In this document: positions 22,636 to 33,627 of the stretch, one piece after another
Numbering within the stretch: the stretch's first letter is position 1
How the letters are laid out: every line of letters begins with the position of its first letter
Assembly: GCA_038087875.1 (NCBI GenBank)
Contig: CM075988.1
Coordinates: 13,888,001-13,952,000 of the forward strand
Length of the DNA: 64,000 nucleotides
Source: Malacoraja senta
Taxonomy: Eukaryota
Reading direction: 5' to 3'
Notes under the pieces: model-generated
Seen by the model: only the letters and a program-made list of their open reading frames with translations
Database searches by the model: none
Told to the model about the DNA's origin: nothing
Translations under genes and position numbers: made by a program

Positions 22636-25600
22636 TTGGGGGGAGGGACTCAAATAGAGAATGCTATTAGACAGTGTGTGAGGCAGGAGGCAGAGAAGGA
22701 AAGCACTCAGACCCAACATGTAGGGGGGAAAGAAGAAAACAATAATAAACAGAGAATAAGAGGTGGTGGGGTTCTTAAATGGGTGAGCAGAGAAACAGAG
22801 GGGTGTAAAATGCGGGCGGAAGCAATAGGTAGCAAGGTGAAAGGTAAAAGTGGCAGGCAGACAAATCCAGGGCAAAAATCAAAAAGAGCCACTTTTCAAC
22901 ATAATTGTATAAGGGGTAAGAGCGTTGTAAAAACAAGCCTGAAGGCTTTGTGTCTCAATGCAAGGAGCATTCGTAATAAGGTGGATGAGTTGAACGTGCA
23001 GATAGCAATTAATGATTATGATATAGTTGGGATCACGGAGACATGGCTCCAAGGTGACCAAGGCTGGGAGCTGAACATCCAGGGATATTCAATATTCAGG
23101 AGGGATAGAGAGAAAGGAAAAGGAGGTGGGGTAGCGTTGCTGGTTAGAGAGGAGATTAACGCAGTGGAAAGGAAGGACATTAGCTTGGAGGATGTGGAAT
23201 CGGTATGGGTAGAGCTGCGAAACACTAAGGGGCAGAAAACGCTGGTGGGTGTTGTGTACAGGCCACCTAGCAGTAGTAGTGAAGTTGGGGATGGCATCAA
23301 ACAGGAAATTAGAAATGCGTGCAACAAAGGCAAAACAGTTATAATGGGTGACTTCAATCTACATATAGATTGGGTGAATCAAATTGGCAGGGGTGCTGAG
23401 GAAGAGGATTTCTTGGAATGTATGAGGGATAGTTATCTAAACCAACATGTAGAGGAACCAACGAGAGAGCAGGCTATTCTAGACTGGGTATTGAGTAATG
23501 AGGAAGGGTTAGTGAGCAGACTTGTTGTGCGTGCCCCCTTGGGCAAGAGTGATCATAATATGGTTGAGTTCTTCATTAGGATGGAGAGTGACATTGTTAA
23601 TTCAGAAACAACGGTTCTGAACTTAAAGAAAGGTAACTTTGAGGGTATGAGATGTGAATTGGCCAAGATTGACTGGCAATTAGTTCTAAAAGGGTTGATG
23701 GTGGATATGCAATGGAAGGCATTTAAAGACTGCATGGATGAACTACAAAAATTGTTCATCCCAGTTTGGCAAAAGAATAAATCAAGGAAGGTAGTGCATC
23801 CGTGGATAACAAGGGAAATCAGGGATAGTATCAAAGCAAAAGATGATGCGTACAAATTAGCCAGAAAAAGCAGCATACCAGAGGACTGGGAGAAATTCAG
23901 AGACCAGCAGAGGAGGACAAAGGGCTTAATTAGGAAAGGGAAAATAGATTATGAAAGGAAACTGGCAGGGAACATAAAAACTGACTGCAAAAGTTTTTAT
24001 AGATATGTGAAGAGAAAGAGATTAGTTAAATCAAATGTAGGTCCCTTGCAGTCAGAAACAGGTGAATTGATCATGGGGAACAAGGATATGGCAGACCAAT
24101 TGAATAACTACTTTGGTTCCGTCTTCACTAAGGAAGACATAAATAATCTGCCGGAAATAGCAGGGGGCCGCGGGTCAAAGGAGATGGAGGAACTGAGTGA
24201 AATCCAGGTTAGTCGGGAAGTGGTGTTGGGTAAATTGAATGGATTAAAGGCCGATAAATCCCCAGGGCCAGATAGGCTGCATCCCAGAGTACTTAAGGAA
24301 GTAGCTCCAGAAATAGTGGATGCATTAGTGATAATTTTTCAAAACTCTTTAGATTCTGGAGTAGTTCCTGAGGATTGGAGGGTAGCAAACGTAACCCCAC
24401 TTTTTAAGAAGGGAGGGAGAGAGAAAACGGGGAATTACAGACCAGTTAGTCTAACATCGGTAGTGGGGAAACTGCTAGAGTCAGTTATTAAAGATGGGAT
24501 AGCAGCACATTTGGAAAGTGGTGAAATCATTGGACAAAGTCAGCATGGATTTACGAAAGGTAAATCGTGTCTGACGAATCTTATAGAATTTTTCGAGGAT
24601 GTAACTAGTAGAGTGGATAGGGGAGAACCAGTGGATGTGTTGTATCTGGACTTTCAGAAGGCTTTCGACAAGGTACCACATAAGAGATTAGGATACAAAC
24701 TTAAATCACACGGTATTGGGGGTTCAGTATTGATGTGGATAGAGAACTGGCTGGCAAACAGGAAGCAAAGAGTAGGAGTAAACGGGTCCTTTTCACAATG
24801 GCAGGCAGTGACTAGTGGGGTACCGCAAGGCTCAGTGCTGGGACCCCAGCTATTTACAATTTATATTAATGATCTGGACGAGGGAATTGAAAGCAACATC
24901 TCCAAGTTTGCGGATGACACTAAGCTGGGGGGCAGTGTTAGCTGTGAGGAGGATGCTAGGAGACTGCAAGGTGACTTGGATAGGCTGGGTGAGTGGGCAA
25001 ATGTTTGGCAGATGCAGTATAATGTGGATAAATGTGAGGTTATCCACTTTGGTAGCAAAAACGGGAAGGCAGACTATTATCTAAATGGTGGCCGATTAGG
25101 AAATGGGGAGATGCAGCGAGACCTGGGTGTCATGGTACACCAGTCATTGAAAGTAGGCATGCAGGTGCAGCAGGCAGTGAAGAAAGCGAATGGTATGTTG
25201 GCCTTCATAGCAAGAGGATTTGAGTATAGGAGCAGGGAGGTTCTACTGCAGTTGTACAGGGTCTTGGTGAGACCACACCTGGAGTATTGCGTACAGTTTT
25301 GGTCTCCAAATCTGAGGAAGGACATTATAGCCATAGAGGGAGTGCAGCGAAGGTTCACCAGACTGATTCCTGGGATGTCAGGACTTTCATATGAAGAAAG
25401 ACTGGATAGACTTGGCTTATACTCGCTAGAATTTAGGAGATTGAGAGGGGATCTTATAGAAACGTACAAAATTCTTATGGGGTTGGACAGGCTAGATGCA
25501 GGAAGATTGTTCCCGATGTTGGGGAAGTCCAGGACAAGGGGTCACAGCTTAAGGATAAGGGGGAAATCCTTTAAGACCGAGATGAGGAAAAACCTTTTCA

Positions 25601-25746
25601 CACAGAGAGTGGTGAATCTCTGGAACTCTCTGCCACAGAGGGTAGTTGAGGCCAGTTCATTGGCTATATTTAAGAGGGAATTAGATGTGGCCCTTGTGGC
25701 TAAAGGGATCAGGGGGTATGGAGAGAAGGCAGGTACGGGATACTGA
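22636..25746 (+). CDS. CR1 ORF2: APE endonuclease plus reverse transcriptase, uninterrupted 1036 codons
   Basis: LNARS, GITETW, GDFN, SDH; QHGF, LDFQKAFDKV, GVPQGSVLGP, FADD. Track start is TTG; first ATG is at 22810. Confidence 0.97.
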   Translation: MGGGTQIENAIRQCVRQEAEKESTQTQHVGGKEENNNKQRIRGGGVLKWVSRETEGCKMRAEAIGSKVKGKSGRQTNPGQKSKRATFQHNCIRGKSVVKTSLKALCLNARSIRNKVDELNVQIAINDYDIVGITETWLQGDQGWELNIQGYSIFRRDREKGKGGGVALLVREEINAVERKDISLEDVESVWVELRNTKGQKTLVGVVYRPPSSSSEVGDGIKQEIRNACNKGKTVIMGDFNLHIDWVNQIGRGAEEEDFLECMRDSYLNQHVEEPTREQAILDWVLSNEEGLVSRLVVRAPLGKSDHNMVEFFIRMESDIVNSETTVLNLKKGNFEGMRCELAKIDWQLVLKGLMVDMQWKAFKDCMDELQKLFIPVWQKNKSRKVVHPWITREIRDSIKAKDDAYKLARKSSIPEDWEKFRDQQRRTKGLIRKGKIDYERKLAGNIKTDCKSFYRYVKRKRLVKSNVGPLQSETGELIMGNKDMADQLNNYFGSVFTKEDINNLPEIAGGRGSKEMEELSEIQVSREVVLGKLNGLKADKSPGPDRLHPRVLKEVAPEIVDALVIIFQNSLDSGVVPEDWRVANVTPLFKKGGREKTGNYRPVSLTSVVGKLLESVIKDGIAAHLESGEIIGQSQHGFTKGKSCLTNLIEFFEDVTSRVDRGEPVDVLYLDFQKAFDKVPHKRLGYKLKSHGIGGSVLMWIENWLANRKQRVGVNGSFSQWQAVTSGVPQGSVLGPQLFTIYINDLDEGIESNISKFADDTKLGGSVSCEEDARRLQGDLDRLGEWANVWQMQYNVDKCEVIHFGSKNGKADYYLNGGRLGNGEMQRDLGVMVHQSLKVGMQVQQAVKKANGMLAFIARGFEYRSREVLLQLYRVLVRPHLEYCVQFWSPNLRKDIIAIEGVQRRFTRLIPGMSGLSYEERLDRLGLYSLEFRRLRGDLIETYKILMGLDRLDAGRLFPMLGKSRTRGHSLRIRGKSFKTEMRKNLFTQRVVNLWNSLPQRVVEASSLAIFKRELDVALVAKGIRGYGEKAGTGY

Positions 25747-25844
25747 GTTGGATGATCAGCCATGATCGTATTGAATGGCGGTGCAGGCTCGAAGGGCCGA
25801 ATGGCCTACTCCTGCACCTATTTTCTATGTATCTATGTATCTAT

Positions 25845-26395
25845 ATGACAACACTACAGCAGTTGCTGATATGAATCACATGGGTGGAATCAAATCGTTA
25901 TCATGTGACAGGTTGGCAAATACGATTGGACCTGGAGTAGGGATAGAGAGATTTGGATTGGAGCTATCTATCTCCCAGGGAAACTTAATGTAGTACCAGA
26001 TGGCAGCTCACGAAAATTCCATCATAACACAGAGTGGATGTGGAACCAGGATGTGTTCAAGAACATAGTACTTCTGTATGGAAGGCCAAAATATGTTTCA
26101 TAGGCACCAGATCCAGGGGCAGTGACAATTGATGCTTTTTCACTAAATTGGGATGATATGTTTGTGTACATTTTCCCACCATAGGTCGGTGTTTGAGAAA
26201 ATCAAGCAGGATGCCGCTTCAGGGGTTTTGGTGATACCAAATTGCCTGATTCAACCATGGTTTCCTTAGATGTTACAGATAGCGATCCAACCTCTTTTTG
26301 CTGATTCCAAACAGTAGGAATTTGCTGGAGCATCCAGTAACGCATTAAGTTCATCCGTTATGTGATGGTATGGATCTGTTAATTTGCAGGTTTTA
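25845..26395 (+). pseudogene. DIRS RNase H C-part and methyltransferase-like domain remnant
   Basis: DNTTAVADMNHMGG; PDPGAVTIDAFSLNWDDMFVYIFPP; VLVIPN..QPWFP. Confidence 0.85.
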
Positions 26396-26399
26396 AGAA

Positions 26400-27382
26400 T
26401 GCCTTACATTGGTCGAGGACTTTCTAGGCCAACGGTGGATATACTCACTGCAGCCTGGAGAAACAGTACTCAAAAACAGTATATGACTTATGAAAAAAAA
26501 AAAAAAAAAATGGGAACAATATTGTGTTCAAAAGAATATTCAATATGATACTGTAGTTATTGAAAATGTGTTAGAGTTTATCTACACTTTATTATGATGA
26601 GGGTCTTAGCTATACTGCTATCAATACAGCTGGAAGTGCTTGGTCGGCATATCTTGTAATAGGTACACGGACACAAAGTATAGGTTCTCACCCTCTCATA
26701 TCTAGTTTGATAAAAGGAATCTTTAATTCCAAACCGCCTAAGCCTAGGTATATGGTAATCTGCGAGGTAAGTGTTGTTTGTAACATACTTCGTCATTGGA
26801 TCCCTGTCACGTCTATAACTTTGTTAAAATTAACCATGAAATTGGCTATGCTAATGGCATTAGTGTCAGTACAGAGAGTGCAGACTTTCCAAAAACTTCA
26901 GTTCGAGAGAATGGAAGTGAATACAGAGAATGTTCTGTTTTATATTTCTGACCTGCTCAAACAAAGCAGGCCAGGTGTGACAGGTCTTAAGATTGTGTTC
27001 TCAGCATATCCTACAGCTCCATGTTTATGTGTAAGGACACATTTGTTACATTACATTGAAGCCGCAAGGGCTTTAAGACAAGAAGAAACAGGATTATTTC
27101 TCAGTTACAAGAAGCCAACATAAAAGAGTGGCAGTTCAGACTATCTCAAGGTGGTTAAAGCAAGAGTTGGTTCAGGCAGGAATTAACATTTATGTGTTTA
27201 CATCTCATTCCACTAGCGCAGTAGCAACATCCGCAGCCAGGGCGATGGATGTTCCCATCGACCATATATTAAAAGCCGCAGGTTGGAAAAATGAACTTGT
27301 GTTTCAGCAATACTACCATCGGCCGATTGCCGATGGAGGGCTGTTTGCCAACTCAATATTGAGTGCTGTTGCTATTGTTTAA
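26400..27382 (+). pseudogene. DIRS tyrosine recombinase, disrupted
   Basis: LAMLMALVSVQRVQT, LKQSRPG, TISRWLK, HSTS (normally HSTR), AAGW, FQQYY. Confidence 0.92.
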
Positions 27383-29879
27383 AGTCTGTTTTCAATACTG
27401 TTTCATTCTGTTTTGTTTGTTGCCCTACATTAAGAGGGTTTATTTGTTGATTTATGACCAAAAATAAAACTGTTTTGTTTTTGCATGATATGCAATGTCA
27501 TGTTTACAGCATTATTGATGGTACTCAGAGTCAATCGATGCAGTGAGAAGCCGGGATTTTTATCTGCAGCATAAAAATCACAGAGCTTTAAAATCTTCAC
27601 GTAGTCACTCATGTGACTCCGAAGTAAAATAGTAAGATTAAACGAGAACTTACCAGTTTGAAGTTTGATCTTTATTTTATGAGGAGTTACGTTGGTGATT
27701 ACGTGCCCGCCACGCCCAACCCTCTCTCATAGAAAAAAGGTCATAATGGTAGTTCTCATGTTGATCATCTTAATATGTTACTTCAATTATGGTGTTGTCT
27801 GTGATTTCATACCGCTGCTTTGAAGATTGACGCGCATGCGCCCTGACGGGGTTCTTCACGTAATCACCAACGTAACTCCTCATAAAATAAAGATCAAACT
27901 TCAAACTGGTAAGTTCTCGTTTTATCTTACTATTTCTTTTCCAAGGCCAGCTCACTGGGTAAGGAAGAATGATTTAGAGCACTGAGTGAAGCACTCCAAC
28001 ATTGACCACTTCAACAGTTAGACTGGGTTTTACTTTGTTAGACCAGGTCCTGCTTTAGTTATACCAGGAATCACAGTTATCCAACTGCAGGTGACACTCC
28101 TGTGTTGCAACAGTTCATCTTATGGAAATTCTTCCTTTCAGAATTCACAAATCACATCCCAAAAATTTGAGATGCAGAACAAAATTTGCCCTCATAGAAT
28201 TTATGTGAAAAAGCAGATCAAGCAAAACAAAGATTGATTTCATTTCAACTTGCATTTCTAGCCATATCCTCAAATGATGGGACTTTGTGTACAGAAACTG
28301 TGACAGAACCTATTTTCTAGGAATGCAACCATCCTCCCTCCCACCCATCTCCCGTAATGATTAATGATGTCAACAATTCCATTTTACTTTGAAGTCACGT
28401 GAGTGACTATGTGAAGAAGACCCGTCAGGGCGCATGCGCGTCATTACGTCGGTCGCATTGGCGCAGACAGGCTGGGAGGAACAAAGTTCTCCAGCGGTAA
28501 GTTTGAAAAATCAGGTTGTCCGTTGCAGGAATCTTTTCTCGTAGGTTCCTGCTAGACATGAAATTCAGCCAAACCCGGTGGACCGCGGGGAAATTGTGGA
28601 CCGCGGGGATGCCGGCTTCGGACCGCGGGAGTGCGGTAACAAGCGGCCGGTGGGTTTTGCTGGTTGAGTCGTGGACAGGACGGTCCGCGACTCCCGAGGT
28701 TTAATTCGGGCCGCGGGTTTTTTGTAGACCGCGGGTTAAGCAAGCTACGTTCACGATAGAGGTGGCTGTTGGGCTTGTTATTTCGAGTCGCTGACAGGCA
28801 GGTCAGCGACTCCAGAGATATGTTTTAAATAGGGGCCACGGAGTTTCTCTAGTCCGCGGGGATACCGGCTACGGTCCGCGTAAAGTGAGGAGCCGGTGGC
28901 CGTCGGACTTCTTGCTAGAGTCGCTGACAGTAAGGTCAGCGACTCCCGAGGGTATTCGGGGTGCAGACTGAGCATGGTCGTTGGGTTACTACCCGGCTCA
29001 TTGAGGCAAGGATCACGACTTTGGCAGCCCATATGAGTTTGAACTATGTGGAGCCTGGCCAGGAGGGTCCCCTCTGTTATATATGTATGTCCTCAGTGGA
29101 GAGGAGTAAGGTCTCAGGGCTGCTTACCAATTCCTCAGTGGAGAGGAGTACATGGGGTCAGTGTGTGGCTGACCCCAACCCTAACTCAGGAAGTGAGATT
29201 AGTGGTTTATCACCGTTATGTGTCTATGGCAGTAGCATTTTCTGCTAATTCTGTGGAGGTTTCAGGACATGCCCTCCAAATTAAGGACGAATGCAATTTT
29301 GGGAAGCGTTCAAAAGGGTAATAATAATAATAATATTATACCGAGAAAGATGATTATAATTTACTCAATTAAGGAAATGGGAAGCCTTGTTGAGCTGTAT
29401 TATCAGTCACCTGTGGGAGTTACACCAGGTGGCGTCATAGTAATTCTGCTCATTAAAAGGGACTGTGCATGGTTTCTTCCCCAAGACGCCGGATTACTCA
29501 TATTAAAAGTAAATAAATCCCAGGTTTAACTGGGATGGGCGTCTTTATTCACATAAATGTCTTTGCCTATGACAAATAACTGTTAAGTTTTGTTCCAGCA
29601 TTTCCCACTATGTCTGATGTACGGGGGCCAGAGGCTCTACAATTCTTCCCTATAGACAGCATTGGCATCTGGAAGGAGCACGATTTGTAGTCGCTAGCAC
29701 GTGCAGCCTGTTTGGGGAAGGAGGATACCAACAGAGTATCTATTTGCATGGCTAGTCCTGGCTGCTGCTGTAGGCAGTGACCTGATAACCCCAACTCAGA
29801 GTGAGTGCCAAGCCAGGGGTATCAATGTCAGACAACATTGCGTCTTGTTGCAATTCAAGAACGCTCCATCGTAAGGCAT

Positions 29880-30290
29880 GTCAGGCAGCAACACCTAGTA
29901 AAGGGTTGCAAAATTCCCCACACTCAAGGGTCGGAGTGGTCGAGAGAGTGCTACAGGATGATGCACATGTGCCTGAAGCAACACCTGTTTGCCGGGTTGC
30001 CATTCCTCCCACTTGGTGCACCACAGTGGTCGAGATAGTGCTAAGATACATGCACACATGCCTGAGGTGATGCCTAGTAAAGGATTGCCAAAATTTCTCC
30101 CACTCAAATGGCGGAGTGGTCGAGAGAGTGCTACAGGAGTATGCACATGGGCCTGAAGGACACACCTGCTTGCAGGGTTGCCATTACTCCCACTCGGTTC
30201 TCCGTAGTGGTCGAGATGGTGCTAAATTACATGCACACAGACCTGGGGCAGCTCCTGTTGCAGGTTGCGTAAGTCCTCCCACGTGGATGT
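29880..30290 (+). repeat. Tandem repeat of 90 bp x about 4.5 with ABAB higher-order structure
   Basis: GTGGTCGAGA at 29936, 30026, 30116 and 30207. Confidence 0.9.
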
Positions 30291-30569
30291 ATAGCGGATG
30301 AAGATGGAGCCACACACATATGTGATAAGATTGTGGATAATGGTGTCGAACAACATGCTCGGTACAGAGGTATGTACAAGCAAATGGAGGAGATGAATGG
30401 TGATACCTGCTTCAGCGTCGATAACTCCCACTCTAAAAGAGGGTCTAAGGTTAGTGTGGATTAACTCCAAACAGGAATCCAAACATGGCTATGTGCCGGG
30501 ATCCTATGCTGAATGCATGAGGGTAAGCAGTGGGCATTTGCCTCTAAAATTGCTGCTCAGTCGCTGATT

Positions 30570-32550
30570 GCTGATCCATCCAGAGAAATCCAAATTAACA
30601 CCTGACTATTTGGGTCACAATTGATTCAATTAAGTGACTCTGCCCAGGGAAAAAAGGGTAGAGCTAATTGACAGCTGTATCAAGCTAATTGAGGCATTAA
30701 GGATACATTCGGGTCATTATAATAGACCTATGCAGTTATCAGTAAAGGCTATTTCTGATTTGCAATGGTGGATTCACCATGTGTCCAGGAGTTATAGCAA
30801 GGTAATGCTTGACCAGCCTTCCATGATTTTGCAGATGAATGTCAGTGCACTCGGGTGGGGTGTCACGGATACGAGTTTCAGCTGTTGAGGCAGATGGACT
30901 GAGCAAGAGGCATCGCTTCTGCAGACATGGGCAATTAACTATTAAGAGGTTTTTATGGACAAGGCTTATTGCTCTAACAAATGCAATCTGCATGTTCAGT
31001 TTCAGATTGACAATACTACGCAAGTGGCATATATATTAATCACATCGGTGGAATCAAGTCGGTATTTTGTGACAGATTGGCTAATCAAATTTGGGCCTGG
31101 TGCATTGGAAAAGATATTTCAGCTATTTATCTACCAGGTAGATTCTACATAGTAGCAGACGCCAAGTCACGAAAGTTTCATGACAACATAGATTGGATGT
31201 TGAACCAGGAGGTGTTCAATAATATAGTACTTGTATATGAATGCCAGATATCGATTTGTTTTGCATCAAGGTTCAACCATCAGATGCCTCAATAGGTTTC
31301 ATGGGAACCAGACCAGGTGGCAGTTGCAATTGATACTTTGACGTTTCATTGAGGTGGTATGTTTTATATATTTTGCCTAATAGGTCGGAGTCTGCAAGAA
31401 ATCAAGCAGGATGCCGCTTTGGGGGTGCTTGTAATACCTAATTGGCCGAATCAAGCATGGTTTCCCTTTGATGTTACAGTTAGGGATCCAACCTCTTTTT
31501 GGTGGTTCCCAAGCGTAGGAATTGACTGGAGCATCCGCTAACATGGGAAAGTCATCTGTTATGTGATTGTATTGACTTGTTAATTTGCAGGTTTTAAGAA
31601 GGCCATACCTGGAGCAAGGGCTGACTGGGTGAACGGTGGACATGCTCACTGTAGCCTGGAGAAAGAGTACTCAAAAGGGGTATATTACTTATGTAAAAAA
31701 ATGGGAGCAATATTGTGTACAAAATAATATTGACTATAGTACTGCAGGTATTGTGGATATTTTAGAGTTCCTGTTGACACTCTACGATGATGAGGGGCTC
31801 AGTTATAGCACCATTAATACAGCTTTAAGTGCTTTGTCATCGTATGGTTTTGATGGGGTCAGGAAAGATCCTATTGAGTTTCATCATATCATAGCTGGAT
31901 TGATGAAAGAAATTTCAACTCTAAACCTCCTAAACCCAGGTATATGGCGATCTGGGATGTAAGTGAGGTCCTCAAGATGCTTCGACAGTAGGTTCCTGTC
32001 ATGTCTCTGAATTTGCCAAACTAATCATGAAAGTGGTTATGCTCATGGCATTGGTTCAGCATAGCAAGTGCAGATTTTGCAAAACCTTCTGCTAGACAGG
32101 ATGGAAGTTGCTGAAGAGAATGTTATGTTATATAATTGCGTCCTGCTTAAGCAGAGCAGGCCAGGTGTCACAGGTTTGTTAAAATTGTGTTTCAGCATAA
32201 CCTACTGATCCATGTTTATGTGTAATGGTACATTTATTTTCATTATATTGAAGCTATAAAGACCTTAAGAAATGTGGAAACAGCATTGTTTATCAATTAC
32301 ATGAAGCCACACAGGAGAGTGTCAGTGCAGACTATCTCAAGGTGGTTTAAAGCAAATGTTGATTAAGGCAGGTATTAACACTGAAGTGTATATATCCTTT
32401 TTCCACTAGTGCAGCAGCAACGTCGTCGGATGTTCACAGTGGCCATATTTTTATCGGTGCCGGGTGGTCAAATGAATTATTTTTAAAAAAATTTACCATC
32501 GGCCGCTCGCCGATCGGAGAGAGGCTGTTTGCAAATTCAGTATTAAGTCC
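30570..32550 (+). pseudogene. DIRS copy 2 RNase H, MT and tyrosine recombinase remnants
   Basis: SDLQWW, FQIDNTTQVAYI, ADAKSR, FASRFNHQ, IPNWPNQAWFP, AWRKSTQKGY, GLSYSTINTALSALS; many frameshifts. Confidence 0.9.
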
Positions 32551-33317
32551 CCCTGGGATAGACGGGTTACCGTTTGTTTTGATTATTCAAATCAATTGTT
32601 ACTGCATGATATTAACATTTCATGTTTAACGCATTATTGATTGTTTCCCATTCAAAGTCAATCAATGCAGTGAGGCTGGGATTTCGATCTGCGGCATAAA
32701 ATCACAGAGCTTTGAACCCTTCACGTAGTCACTCACGTGACTCCGAAGTAAAATAGTAAGATTAAACGAGAACTTACCAGTTTGAAGTTTGATCTTTATT
32801 TTATGAGGAGTTACGTTGGTGATTACGTGCCCGCCACGCCCAACCCTCTCTCATAAAAAAGGTCATATGTTAGTTCTCATGTTGCTCATCTCAATATGTT
32901 ACTTCAATTATGGTGTTGTCTGTGATTTCATACCGCTGCTTTGAAGATTGACGCGCATGCGCCCTGACGGGTCTTCTTCATGTAATCACCAACGTAACTC
33001 CTCATAAAATAAAGATCAAACTTCAAACTGGTAAGTTCTCATTTAATCTTACTATTTTATTGCACAGCTCAGAGAAAACAGCACATTTTGTCTGTGAAGG
33101 AAACATAAAAAATTACAGACAACCAGATGAACTCACTTGTAGCGAATATACATCTGGACACATTAATGGCCAGAGGGTACTGTTATCTCAGCCATTTAGC
33201 TGAGTTTGTGAAGGTTCAATTACTAATCACTCCCAGCAGTTTTTGACTTGATTTATATCAAGCGTGATACCAGTTGGTCTTCCCATCTTCATTATATTAC
33301 CAGAGAAAGGACTGTAT

Positions 33318-33627
33318 CTTTAGACTGTAGACTTTAGAGATGTATGGAAACAGGCCCTTTGGCTCGCCATGTCCACCCCGACCAGCGATCATTCCATACA
33401 TTAGCACTATCCTATACACTAGGGACAATTTAAAATTTACAGAAGCCAATTAAGCTACAAACCTGTACATCTTTAGAATGTGGAAGGTAATCAGATTACT
33501 CACAGAAAACCTACATGGTCACAGGGAGAACATACAAACTCCGTACAGACAGCACCCATAGTTTGGATCGAACACAGATCTCTCGTACTGTAAGGCAGCA
33601 ACTCTACCATAGTGCCACTGTGCCGCA
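33318..33627 (-). mobile_element. HE1-like V-SINE
   Basis: Same family, reverse orientation. Confidence 0.9.

Larger units (their letters stand above)
22537..25844 (+). mobile_element. 5'-truncated young CR1 LINE nested in the DIRS RNase H
   Basis: ORF1 end, ORF2, 3'UTR and (CTATGTAT)n tail; DIRS RNase H resumes at 25845 (DNTTAVA). Confidence 0.95.
20191..27935 (+). mobile_element. DIRS1-type tyrosine-recombinase retrotransposon, copy 1 (decayed ORFs, CR1 nested inside)
   Basis: Left ITR 20191-20253, right terminal region 27828-27935, ICR 27595-27705 complementary to both outer termini; gag, RT, RNase H, MT and YR remnants in order. Confidence 0.95.
28381..33058 (+). mobile_element. DIRS1-type retrotransposon, copy 2 (RT core deleted, non-autonomous)
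   Basis: Left ITR 28381-28443, ICR 32719-32829, right terminal region 32949-33058; RNase H, MT and YR remnants homologous to copy 1. Confidence 0.95.

Noticed and set aside
26400-27382. Phage integrase or bacterial contamination
   Set aside because: It lies downstream of RT/RNase H within DIRS ITR/ICR termini.
29880-30290. CRISPR-like array
   Set aside because: Whole 90-bp units are homologous, there are no unique spacers, and the context is a eukaryotic retroelement.
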